DNA of 64,000 nucleotides from Thermoanaerobaculia bacterium (GTDB lineage Bacteria; Acidobacteriota; Thermoanaerobaculia; Gp7-AA8): NCBI GenBank assembly GCA_035688915.1, contig DASSMK010000346.1, positions 25,389 to 89,388 of the forward strand, read 5' to 3'. Shown piece by piece: positions 26,501 to 35,176 of this stretch (position 1 is its first letter; each line of letters starts with the position of its first letter). The notes under the pieces were generated by a model. It saw only the letters and a program-made list of their open reading frames with translations, ran no database searches and was not told where the DNA came from. The position numbers and the translations under genes were made by a program.

Positions 26501-29500
26501 AGGAGCGGCAGCCAATAGCCGTGCTTCGGGTCGGCGAGGCACGTGAGTCCGCGGGGCGCCCGGAAGAAGAGGCGGGACTTCGATCGCACGAGGCGGAGCG
26601 CCGTCTCGCGCGCTTCCTTCGTCCGGTCGGATTCGTAGTCCGTGACTTGTCCCAGGATGCGAAGGGCATCCTCACGATCGAAGTAGGCGCGAAAGAACGC
26701 GATGTTGCTGATCACGAACACAGTCGGATACGTGCAGTCCTTGCGACCGACAAAGAGCAGCCCTTGGGCATCCAGCTCTCGACGCGCGGAGTTGAACCGT
26801 TCCCAGACCTCCTCCTTTTCCCCACGGCGCGCGTCGGCCAAGACTGCGAGCAGGTTGTAGAGGAGCCAGCTGTACAGACCCTTGCCGAAGTTGGCGCAAC
26901 TGTCGATGCCGGCGCGGGCGTATTCCTCGGCGCTCGCGATCGCGCGAAGATCGTCGGGCCGCGTCAGGTACGTGAGCGTCGCCACGAGCAGCTGCACGCG
27001 CATGAGCGAGTCCGAAAGGTTTTTCAGCGCCGCGGTCTGCCAGAGGCGCTTCGCTTTCCAGAGGATCTTCTCCCACGTACGCGGCGTGGGATCCGCCACG
27101 GCCTCCGCGACGTACATCGATAAGCGGGTGTACACCTTCAACCGATACGCGCCATGCTTCCTACATTCGCAGAATGACCATCGCGCCGTCCGCCGCGCTT
27201 CCTCGGGATCGCGGTACAAAGCCATGCCGGACTCGGTGATGGCGTGGCATGCGCGGAGGTGGGGATTCCCGCTCCGGTCGACAACCTCGCGTGCCAATGC
27301 CCCGTAGCAGCGTGCCAGCGCCGCGTGGTTCCATTTCTTGAAGACCTCTTGCAGCCGGTCGTACAAATCGAAGACGAGCTCCGGCGCCGCAGCGCCCGCA
27401 CCGGTCGACCGCAGGAGTTGGTCGAGCTCGAGCATGATGCCGCTCGACCGCATCGTCTTGCCCATGTTCAGCAGACCGTGCGCCTGCAGTTGTCTGAGTT
27501 CAAGCGAAACAATGTTTCGCGCTTCTGGACGCAATTTGACGCGCTTGAGCTGTTCGAGCGCGGTATCGCACGCGCGTACGCCGATCTTGAGCGGGTAATT
27601 GTGAATGCCCATGTACGCCTTCGCGAGCAGCATCTTGCGAAGGAGATCGGTCGCGGCATTGCACTGCACGGCGCACTCAAACGCAGCATCGATGTAGCGG
27701 AAATACTCCACGTCGAGGTCTTCGGAGCTGAAGTTCGTAATCCGCTCCACGTCGCGAACGAGACGATGGAACTGTGTGAGCGCGTCCGGCAACGCGCGGG
27801 CGAGAAACAGCACCTCTGCCCGTTCAAGATCCGTGAGCAGGGCGAAGAGTCGCGGTCGCGAGAGGACGAGCTTCCCGGCCCGTTCCTGGTTGCCGGCGGC
27901 ACGCGCTCGGGCACGCAGGACCGCGAGCAGGTTCTCGTGCGCAAACGTCATTCTGCCGTCCGCCTGGCGGGTGCTGAGGAACCGCCGTGCGATCAACGTC
28001 TGCAGGACGTCGTCACCAGTGTCAGCATCGAGCGCTTCCTCCCTGACAACCGGCGACACCACGACGCCGAAGAACGACTGCGTCGTGAGGAAGTCGAGCA
28101 TCGCTTCTCCATGCGGGAGTGCGCCGAGCGCCTTGAGGCGGAGCTCGTACAGTGCGTCGACGGTGTCAGGTATGTACTCCTTCGCGGAGAAGTTCTCCAA
28201 ATGCGGGATGCCGACCTCACTGCGATGTACGAGGTGCGCCACGCCGCTCTCCAGGAGGTACTCGATCGCCTGGGTGACGTAGTACGGGACGTGCTCGCTC
28301 AGGTTGTAGATCCGCGTGATTACCGTTTCTGGCGCATCGCGCAGGATGGAGCGAATGAGCGTGTACGTGTCCTGCTCTGAGAGCGGCTGCAACTCTACGG
28401 GGACCACGCTTGGCCGGGCTGCGACCGCGATCACGTCGAGAAGCGAGAAATAGTCCTCGTTCGGAAAGGTATAGTCGTTGCGGCCCGTCAGAATGACCGT
28501 TACTGGGTGCGGCACGGTCGGCGGAAACATGACGAACTGCTTCAGCAGATCGAGCACCGGTTTGCGCGCGTGGTGCAGATCCTCCAGCAGAATGACGCGG
28601 CTTCGGGTGCGCCGAGGAGCGTTCTGCAGCAGGTGCGCGAGGAGTCCTTCGACGGAGTCGATCCCGGTCGGTTCCGAGATCTTCAACGTCTGGAGCGCGG
28701 CGCGCAGTTCGTCCGTCCCACCGGTCGCATCGAACAGGACCGGTACCAACTCGATCTTCGATTTGCCGAGGCGCGGCTCAAGGGCGTCCTGCACGATTCG
28801 CGACTTCCCGACGCCCGCACGTCCGGTGACGCTGCAGATCGTGAGGCCAACGTTCTCGTCGATCACCGTGCGGAGGTGATCTTTCTCATCGAGGTGCTGA
28901 GTGCCCACGAGCGTCGGGACGAAGGCAAGTTCTACGTGCGGGGCGGAGACACGGATCGTGCGTCGCTCATTCTCAATCGTGACTGCGATCTCGAGGTCGG
29001 CCTCCACATGGTCGAGCGTGCGTCGCTGCGCGATGAGTTGCAGCACGAGGGCGTTGCGCGGCTCGACGATGCGATCAACGTCGGCAGCGCCGTCGATGAT
29101 GTGCCACGCATCGTTCGTCGACAGGTAGACGTGGAACGACCTTGGTACCGATGCGTAGTTCCAGAGCACAACGTACACGTCGATCCGGCGGTCCTGGCGG
29201 TAGTACGGGACCGGTTGGTACTCGACCAGGATGTCCTTCGGAAGGGTGACTGGCGACCGGAGCGGGATCGGGATCTCGTGCTGCGCGACGTACTCGGCGA
29301 GCAGTACACCGTCGATGAGCCGGAACTTGGCGCCCTTCGCGCCGCATTCATGCACGGCCTTGAAGTGGACGTTCGGCGAGAGCGACGCTGTGGTGACGAG
29401 GAAGTAGTAGTCAGGTGCGCCCGTGTCGGCAAACTGAGAGAAGTCGAAGAAGAACTCCGTATCGAGGCGATCCCCCGTCCGCTTCTTGCACTCGACGTAG

Positions 29501-29748
29501 ATCTTCGTCGGCCGATCAGCGCGTTCAGGAATCTCGATTCCGAACAACGTGATCGTCTGCTGTGCCATGACGATGATGTCGCGGCCGTGATCGCCCGAGG
29601 GTGGCGTGCGCTCCACGGTGACGACGTCGCGTCGGTCATGGAAGAAGTCTTGGAGATGCTCGGCGATCAGCTCCTCAAATGCCGTTCCGTCGATGCCGGT
29701 GAGATCCCACTCGACGCGCGGTGCGATTGGTCCGGCGTAGCGCGTCAT
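26497..29748 (-). CDS. Avs-like antiviral STAND protein: N-terminal Mrr-type PD-(D/E)xK nuclease, STAND NTPase, C-terminal helical/TPR-like sensor
   Basis: Mrr-like FEELIAEHLQDFFHDRRDVVTVERTPPSGDHGRDIIV...KIYVECKKR (D...ExK). Walker A CSVTGRAGVGKSRIV and Walker B SRVILLEDLHHA. The C-terminal region is helical and over 600 aa. The start was moved to Met153; the stop overlaps the carbamoyltransferase stop (convergent). Confidence 0.7.
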   Translation of the reverse strand: MTRYAGPIAPRVEWDLTGIDGTAFEELIAEHLQDFFHDRRDVVTVERTPPSGDHGRDIIVMAQQTITLFGIEIPERADRPTKIYVECKKRTGDRLDTEFFFDFSQFADTGAPDYYFLVTTASLSPNVHFKAVHECGAKGAKFRLIDGVLLAEYVAQHEIPIPLRSPVTLPKDILVEYQPVPYYRQDRRIDVYVVLWNYASVPRSFHVYLSTNDAWHIIDGAADVDRIVEPRNALVLQLIAQRRTLDHVEADLEIAVTIENERRTIRVSAPHVELAFVPTLVGTQHLDEKDHLRTVIDENVGLTICSVTGRAGVGKSRIVQDALEPRLGKSKIELVPVLFDATGGTDELRAALQTLKISEPTGIDSVEGLLAHLLQNAPRRTRSRVILLEDLHHARKPVLDLLKQFVMFPPTVPHPVTVILTGRNDYTFPNEDYFSLLDVIAVAARPSVVPVELQPLSEQDTYTLIRSILRDAPETVITRIYNLSEHVPYYVTQAIEYLLESGVAHLVHRSEVGIPHLENFSAKEYIPDTVDALYELRLKALGALPHGEAMLDFLTTQSFFGVVVSPVVREEALDADTGDDVLQTLIARRFLSTRQADGRMTFAHENLLAVLRARARAAGNQERAGKLVLSRPRLFALLTDLERAEVLFLARALPDALTQFHRLVRDVERITNFSSEDLDVEYFRYIDAAFECAVQCNAATDLLRKMLLAKAYMGIHNYPLKIGVRACDTALEQLKRVKLRPEARNIVSLELRQLQAHGLLNMGKTMRSSGIMLELDQLLRSTGAGAAAPELVFDLYDRLQEVFKKWNHAALARCYGALAREVVDRSGNPHLRACHAITESGMALYRDPEEARRTARWSFCECRKHGAYRLKVYTRLSMYVAEAVADPTPRTWEKILWKAKRLWQTAALKNLSDSLMRVQLLVATLTYLTRPDDLRAIASAEEYARAGIDSCANFGKGLYSWLLYNLLAVLADARRGEKEEVWERFNSARRELDAQGLLFVGRKDCTYPTVFVISNIAFFRAYFDREDALRILGQVTDYESDRTKEARETALRLVRSKSRLFFRAPRGLTCLADPKHGYWLPLL

Positions 29749-30560
29749 CGTGCGAAGCTCGGCCGCGGATAATTCCCAATTATCGCGGCAATGAGGCGCC
29801 GAAGCGGCGACATCGGTGCATCGGTCAGCGACGCGGCGCGGAGTGTTAACCAGAACGCTTGACCGACATAGAACGCAACGTACCCGAGCGAGAACGCAAG
29901 CCACGGCCAGTTCGCCAAATAGCCCATCAGAACGGACGCAACGATCAGGAGCGACGGCACGCCAATCACGATGTGCAGCAACCGTGTCTCGTGGAGAGCG
30001 GGATGTGCGTAGTGCCCGGGCGTGAACATCGCGGCGACCGCGACAACGATGCACGCTCCTACCACCGTCGGTGACAGTGGTAAGTACAACGCATAGAAGA
30101 CGAGTGCGTACCAGCAGCTCGGAAGAAAGTGAAAGTGACCACCGCTCTTTGTTTCCCGTCGCGAGAACCGCACGAGGCTCGCGACGATCATCACACCAGC
30201 CCAAGCGGGCGCAGGGTTCGGAAGGACGCCTGCTAGCAGAGCCACGAGCGCCGGCGTAATAACCATCGTTACGAAGTCGATGAGCGCGTCAAGGCGCTCG
30301 CCATCGACTCGAGGCCAGTGCATCGACACGTCGAGGCGACGAGCGAGCGTACCGTCCACAGCGTCGATGCACAGGGCGACGAACAAAAAGCGAAACGTGT
30401 CGCGAAATCGCCGATCCGCAGCGGCAGCCACTGCGGCGAACGCGAGCACACCACCAGTGAGTGTCAGCGCGTGTGCAAAGAGCGCGATAACGCGTGCATA
30501 TCTCGTCCGACGGTCTGACAAAATGGCGGTGCGGACCACGCCCTTAATGGTTCCGAACAT
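29745..30560 (-). CDS. CDP-alcohol phosphatidyltransferase-family membrane protein
   Basis: DAVDGTLARRLDVSMHWPRVDGERLDALIDFV matches the D-G-x2-A-R-x8-G-x3-D-x3-D motif. There are multiple hydrophobic helices. The stop overlaps the Avs-like start in ATGA. Confidence 0.65.
   Translation of the reverse strand: MFGTIKGVVRTAILSDRRTRYARVIALFAHALTLTGGVLAFAAVAAAADRRFRDTFRFLFVALCIDAVDGTLARRLDVSMHWPRVDGERLDALIDFVTMVITPALVALLAGVLPNPAPAWAGVMIVASLVRFSRRETKSGGHFHFLPSCWYALVFYALYLPLSPTVVGACIVVAVAAMFTPGHYAHPALHETRLLHIVIGVPSLLIVASVLMGYLANWPWLAFSLGYVAFYVGQAFWLTLRAASLTDAPMSPLRRLIAAIIGNYPRPSFAR
29767..29783. promoter_or_regulatory. 17-bp palindrome GATAATTCCCAATTATC (site A, copy 2, reverse complement of copy 1)
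   Basis: 18 nt upstream of the Avs-like ATG (29748, minus strand). It lies inside the last 14 codons of the upstream phosphatidyltransferase CDS. Confidence 0.6.
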
Positions 30561-30684
30561 TCGATCGCCTCGTGCTGTGGGTGCGACTGGACCGGCGACA
30601 ATTGTACGTCCGTCCGGAACGTACTGCGTGCCGTCATGACGTGCGACGTTGGCAAGTGGTCATTCCAGCGGCCACGTGCACTGC

Positions 30685-31527
30685 TCAGGCGGGGTCTCGG
30701 CGGGTACGGCGCGCCGCTGAGCGCATGACACTCGGTGTCTCGGCTGGAATCCCCGCCCGCCAGCAGAAGGTGCTCACCACGCGCTCGACGTCGGACGCCG
30801 CGAACCCGCGGCGAAACCCCTCGGCCGCGATGGTGTAGGCCGTGGTGTTCCTGCGCCCGACCACGACCTCCTTGCAGGCTGCCCAGGCGGCGAACGCTCG
30901 CACCGAGCCGTACGAGGCGGCTTGGGCCACGTCGTCGACGCCGCGCGGGAGCTCCGGGCACGTGTGCAGGACGTCCGCGAGCGCGTAGCGGCACTCTGGG
31001 TACGCGACCGCCAGTCGCACCCGCGACGGCTTCCCACGCGCATGCACGAACCCCGGCACGCGCATGACGCGCGCGAGGTCGCACACGGCCGGGTCGGTGC
31101 CGTACTTGAGCGCGAGCCGCTGCTGCGCCGCGCGGAACTGATCGAGCGGCGGGTTGTCATCCAGCAGCCAGTAGCAGTGCGCCCCGCGCACCGACCAGAC
31201 CACGATGGAGGCGGCGGGCTCCGGGCCGCACGCGAGCTCGCCCACGTCGCAGTCGATGAAGAGCGCCCGGAGCCGCACGATGTCTTCCGTCCGACGCCCA
31301 CAGCCGTTCGTTATCTGCACCGCCACGAAGACGCCCGCGCCCTGGCCGTTCAGGCGCGCGAGCGCGTCGCGGTGCTCGCGGAAGGACCCGTGGAGGATGC
31401 GCGCGAGCGTGCGCCGCTTCGCCGGCGTGTCGTCGAAGGTCTGGAAGGTGAACGTTGCGTCCTGGCCACCCAAGGCGCGCAGGAACGCGGCGGCATCCTC
31501 GAGGTTCAGGAAAGGAGCGGGAACCAT
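30685..31527 (-). CDS. putative primase-polymerase (archaeo-eukaryotic primase superfamily, RepB'-like)
   Basis: ATFTFQTFDD, then FIDCDVGE (a DxD-type catalytic motif) and ...HCYWLLD. GGAGG lies 3 nt upstream of the ATG. The assignment rests on remembered motifs only. Confidence 0.45.
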   Translation of the reverse strand: MVPAPFLNLEDAAAFLRALGGQDATFTFQTFDDTPAKRRTLARILHGSFREHRDALARLNGQGAGVFVAVQITNGCGRRTEDIVRLRALFIDCDVGELACGPEPAASIVVWSVRGAHCYWLLDDNPPLDQFRAAQQRLALKYGTDPAVCDLARVMRVPGFVHARGKPSRVRLAVAYPECRYALADVLHTCPELPRGVDDVAQAASYGSVRAFAAWAACKEVVVGRRNTTAYTIAAEGFRRGFAASDVERVVSTFCWRAGIPAETPSVMRSAARRTRRDPA

Positions 31528-32633
31528 CGAACCTCCGGTCGGCCGGTCGTGGCCGAGGGTTGCACCACGCCCGCGATCGGGGCGTGGAAGAGCGTGCGGT
31601 AGAAGGCGAGACAGCGCTCGGACGTGCCGGGCACGATCCCATTCCGCCGGAACACGGCAGCTGGGAAGTGCGCGCGCACCACGTCGTCCCGGACCGTGCG
31701 GAAGAGCGCGCGCGTCCGCGCGTCGCAGCGCGCGGCGATCGCCGCCTCGATGTGGGCGAGGAGGCGCGTGGGACCGTAGACGACGACGCGCACGCGGTCG
31801 ACTGCGGCAACCCCGATCGCCGCCGCGACCGCGGCCGGAAACGCGCGTCCGTGGGTTTCGGCGATCGTGGCCCAGGCGTCCACCTTCGCGCGGAGTTTCT
31901 GCACTGAGGACGAGCCGGTCTCCGTCTCCACGAGGAAGGCCGTCGTCCCCGCAGCCTCGGCGATGACGATGGCGCTATCCGGCGCGCGGAGCACCTCTCC
32001 CGCGTGGCTGCTCGTGCGGAGCAGCACGTCCTTATCGCCACGGAGCGCGAGCACGGCGAGGCCCGCGCGACGCGCGGCGTAGAGGAGCGGCGCTACGAAC
32101 CCCGCGTTCTTCGTCGCGTGCGCGAGGAGGTTGGAGGAGCCTGCGAGGCAGCGGCGGGCCTGTTCGCTGTGGAGCTTCAGCCGCCGCGGGTTCGTGGCCG
32201 CATCCGGGACGTGGGACGCGAGGAGCGCCACCACGCGTTCGCGGTCGGCATCGGCCCGTGCGCGCAAGGCCGCGGCGACATCGCCGGGAAGCTGGTCGAG
32301 CGGCCGGCCCGCGTCCATCACGGCCTGCGCGAGTCCGGTCTCGACGCAGTAGACGTCCTGCACCGAGCCCGCGAGCCCGGGGGCGACGGGGACGCTCAGC
32401 TTCGTCACGTACCCTGCCTGCCACGCCCGCCGCCAGCGCTTGCCGAAGTAGTGCGGCACGTCCGCGCCGTGGCTGAGAAACAGGAGTGCCACGGCGCCGG
32501 TCTCGGCCGCGCCCAGGTTGTAGAGGTCCGCGAGCGTGCGCGCGACCCGCGCGTCCGGCCGGAAGCGGGGCGGGAGCGCGCGCCGCCAGCGGGCCCGCGC
32601 GCGCGCCGGGGGCGTGCCGTCCGTCGCGCTCAC
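31506..32633 (-). CDS. hypothetical protein (mobile-element backbone; possible GTG start overlapping the upstream stop in GTGA)
   Basis: ORF 31506..32729. The first 33 codons overlap the upstream gene, so the start is proposed at Val33. Confidence 0.4.
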   Translation of the reverse strand: MSATDGTPPARARARWRRALPPRFRPDARVARTLADLYNLGAAETGAVALLFLSHGADVPHYFGKRWRRAWQAGYVTKLSVPVAPGLAGSVQDVYCVETGLAQAVMDAGRPLDQLPGDVAAALRARADADRERVVALLASHVPDAATNPRRLKLHSEQARRCLAGSSNLLAHATKNAGFVAPLLYAARRAGLAVLALRGDKDVLLRTSSHAGEVLRAPDSAIVIAEAAGTTAFLVETETGSSSVQKLRAKVDAWATIAETHGRAFPAAVAAAIGVAAVDRVRVVVYGPTRLLAHIEAAIAARCDARTRALFRTVRDDVVRAHFPAAVFRRNGIVPGTSERCLAFYRTLFHAPIAGVVQPSATTGRPEVRWFPLLS

Positions 32634-34354
32634 GCGGGAGCCGTCGCTTTCTCGCCGCGCGCACCCGGCTGGTAGGGCTTCGTCGCGCCGGGTGGTGTGG
32701 CGGCCGCCGGCGCGTCCGGCACGATGCAAACGGTCGGGTCGTAGGGCGCAAACGGCGTCGCGTCACGGTCGTGCAGCCGCCGGACCTGCGACAGGTACCT
32801 GGCCACGTGGTCGACGCCGAAGAGCGTCCGCGGCAGCTGCCGCGCGCGCACGTGCTGGATCGTCCGCGCCTGATCCTCGTGGATGTGGACGGCGTGGTAG
32901 GCCGGCAGGTGGAGGTGCCCGAGCGTCCGATGCAGCAGGATCTCGTCGACGCCGATGCGGTGCTCGGTCTCGGTCTCGCCCTCGCTCTCGACCTCGCCCG
33001 CGGAGTCGCCGATTGATCGTGTCTCGGGTCGCGTGGTCTCCGGATCGAAGGAAGCGACCCAGGACGCGGCCGCCGAGCCCGCGCGCGAACGCGACCAGCC
33101 CGTGGACCGGCTCACGAGCGTGACGATCTCCTCCTGGTAGTCCGGGATGGGCCCGCGCGTCGCGATCCGGCGTGCGAAGGCCTCGGTCTCCGGCCGCCAG
33201 TAGATCTGGTACCTGAGGCACTGCTCGACCACCGACGCCGCCGCGGCCATGCCCATCATCTCGAACTGCGCCTCGTGCGTCTGCCGGAGGATCCACGGCG
33301 AGAATTTATGGTTGCGGAGCTGAGCGAAGCTGTCGAAATGCGACTCGGTCAGCGGCGCCACCTCGTCAAAAATCGCGAACCCGACCGGCCGCTCCTCATC
33401 CTGCCCGATCTCGTGGATGAGGCCGTCCAGCGCGGCCCACACACTGCGGTGCACGAACTTCCGGTGTTGGATGTTCGCGAGCGCGGTGGTGGAGAGGTAG
33501 AGCCGCCGGTCGCCATACGCGACCTCCTCCAGCTTGAGGTTCTCGTTGCCGCCGAAGAAGGCCGCCATCGGGCCGCAGCGCAGCGGCCCGAGCGAGTTGT
33601 GGAGGCTCCCGAGCTCCTCCAGCTGCGCGCGGTTGAGCCGCTCGCCGGGTGTCTTCGCGAGGGCGAGGAACTGGCTGTCGAGGATCTGCCACTGCTCCCG
33701 GACGAAGGGATCGCCCGCCGTCTTCGCGGCAATTTGCGCGCGGCGTAGGAAGCCGCGGTACATCGGATCCTCAAAGAGCAGGTGGTACTCGGTGATGGGG
33801 CGGTCGGCGGCCGAGAGCAGGGCCGCCGCGACCGTGCACCACTTCGCGAAGCGCACGCGGATGTCGGCGTCTTTGCTGTACTGCACGGCCCAGACGTCGG
33901 CGAAGCGTCCCGCAACCCGCTGCGGGGTCTCCCGCCGTCCGTCCCTGCGCCGGAGCCGCCGCAGGATGTTCAGCCGCACGGGCGGGTCGTCCTCGCCGAC
34001 CGTGACGTAGGCGTGGCGGCGCATGAAGCGGCCGGCGATCCCCGCGGCCTCGGGCACGGTGTCGGCGTAGAGCGCCTCCACGCCGAGGCCCAGGAGCGTG
34101 GCCGCGAGCGCGTCGAACCGCGCGGCGGCCGCGAACCCGGAGCCGGCGAAGTCGAGGTAGCACCACGACGCGCCGCTGAAGGCCATCGCCCGTAAACATT
34201 CGGCGACGAGGTCGGTCTTGCCGACGCCGACCGCCCCGACGAGGCTCACGCCCCGCTCTAAGTGTCGGCGCGGGACGTGGACCGCCCTGCCGGTGTCCGG
34301 GTCGTAGCCGACGTGGATCGTGTCGGGCGTGAGGGCGGTCAGGAGGTCGATCAC
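32630..34354 (-). CDS. P-loop NTPase, conjugative/DNA-translocase type (TraD/VirD4-like or HerA/FtsK-like)
   Basis: Walker A RGVSLVGAVGVGKTDL and Walker B GFAIFDEVAPLTESH. The start overlaps the upstream stop in ATGA. Confidence 0.5.
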   Translation of the reverse strand: MIDLLTALTPDTIHVGYDPDTGRAVHVPRRHLERGVSLVGAVGVGKTDLVAECLRAMAFSGASWCYLDFAGSGFAAAARFDALAATLLGLGVEALYADTVPEAAGIAGRFMRRHAYVTVGEDDPPVRLNILRRLRRRDGRRETPQRVAGRFADVWAVQYSKDADIRVRFAKWCTVAAALLSAADRPITEYHLLFEDPMYRGFLRRAQIAAKTAGDPFVREQWQILDSQFLALAKTPGERLNRAQLEELGSLHNSLGPLRCGPMAAFFGGNENLKLEEVAYGDRRLYLSTTALANIQHRKFVHRSVWAALDGLIHEIGQDEERPVGFAIFDEVAPLTESHFDSFAQLRNHKFSPWILRQTHEAQFEMMGMAAAASVVEQCLRYQIYWRPETEAFARRIATRGPIPDYQEEIVTLVSRSTGWSRSRAGSAAASWVASFDPETTRPETRSIGDSAGEVESEGETETEHRIGVDEILLHRTLGHLHLPAYHAVHIHEDQARTIQHVRARQLPRTLFGVDHVARYLSQVRRLHDRDATPFAPYDPTVCIVPDAPAAATPPGATKPYQPGARGEKATAPA

Positions 34355-35148
34355 GACCCGTTCGCTCCCGCCATCCCGCGGAGCCCGCTCATGATGCTGC
34401 CAAGCCCCGCGGCGCGACGCTCCTCCTGCGTGCGGTCCTCGAGCGTGCGGGCAGCCGCGCGCTGCACGTCATCGCCGAGCGCGCTCGCTTCGAGCTGGCT
34501 CCGGAGCGTGAGGAATGTCTCGCGCACCGCGCGATCGTGGTGGCGCAGCCGGTCTTTCGCGTTCGCGAAAACGACGCCGGCGTACGAATTGTACGGCGAT
34601 GACGCCGTGTCCTGCGTAATGCCATTCGTGGCGTTCACGACGGCGGTGCGCGCGGCGATGGAGAGGTCGTCGTCCGCCACCCACAGGCGCTCGAACTCGT
34701 CAGTCGCGGGTGATGCGATGGCGCCCGCACTCTCGCCGCGGAGCGCGCGAATATGCGCGTGCAGCTCTTCCTGCTGGGCCTCGATCTGGAGCGGCAGCAC
34801 CGCCTCACGGAGCGCGATGTTCGCGTGGATGGCGGACACTTGGTCGGTCACGCGGGCAACGCAGATGCGGAGCTCCTGCTCGCGCGTGCGCATCCGCGAG
34901 CGCGTCTCGTCGGCGCGATCGACGGTCTCCAGCACCTCGCGCATGAAGGTGTTCACGCGGCGTCGGAGCGCCAGGTCGCGGTTCGACCGGATGGGGTCTG
35001 TGGGAACGAGCGCGAAGAGATCGACGCCGGGGGCGCGGAGTGCGCCGAGCTCGAGTTCGCCCTCGTGTGTTGGCAGCGGTGGAACGGGCGTGAGGCTCGT
35101 GGGCGGCATCGGAAGGACGGTGGTGCGTGCGTGCGGTCGGTTCGGCAT
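34351..35148 (-). CDS. hypothetical coiled-coil protein
   Basis: ORF with a long heptad-like helical region (TREQELRICVARVTDQVSAIHANIALREAV...). It is coupled to the downstream ATPase gene. Confidence 0.45.
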   Translation of the reverse strand: MPNRPHARTTVLPMPPTSLTPVPPLPTHEGELELGALRAPGVDLFALVPTDPIRSNRDLALRRRVNTFMREVLETVDRADETRSRMRTREQELRICVARVTDQVSAIHANIALREAVLPLQIEAQQEELHAHIRALRGESAGAIASPATDEFERLWVADDDLSIAARTAVVNATNGITQDTASSPYNSYAGVVFANAKDRLRHHDRAVRETFLTLRSQLEASALGDDVQRAAARTLEDRTQEERRAAGLGSIMSGLRGMAGANGS

Positions 35149-35176
35149 GGGTTGCGTTCCTTTAGCCGTATGGGCC

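Noticed and set aside
29749-30204. N-terminal 152 codons of ORF 26497..30204, and the 'DNWELS' peptide shared with the carbamoyltransferase ORF extension
   Set aside because: The extension overlaps the phosphatidyltransferase CDS in another frame and is Arg/Cys-rich. The shared peptide is just the 17-bp palindrome read in the same frame, not homology.
30464-32766. Several long Arg/Pro/Ser-rich ORFs (for example 30464..31084, 30774..31301, 31157..32041, 31205..31966, 32032..32766, 32536..33123)
   Set aside because: Their composition and their overlap in alternate frames or strands with protein-like ORFs are typical of spurious ORFs in high-GC sequence.
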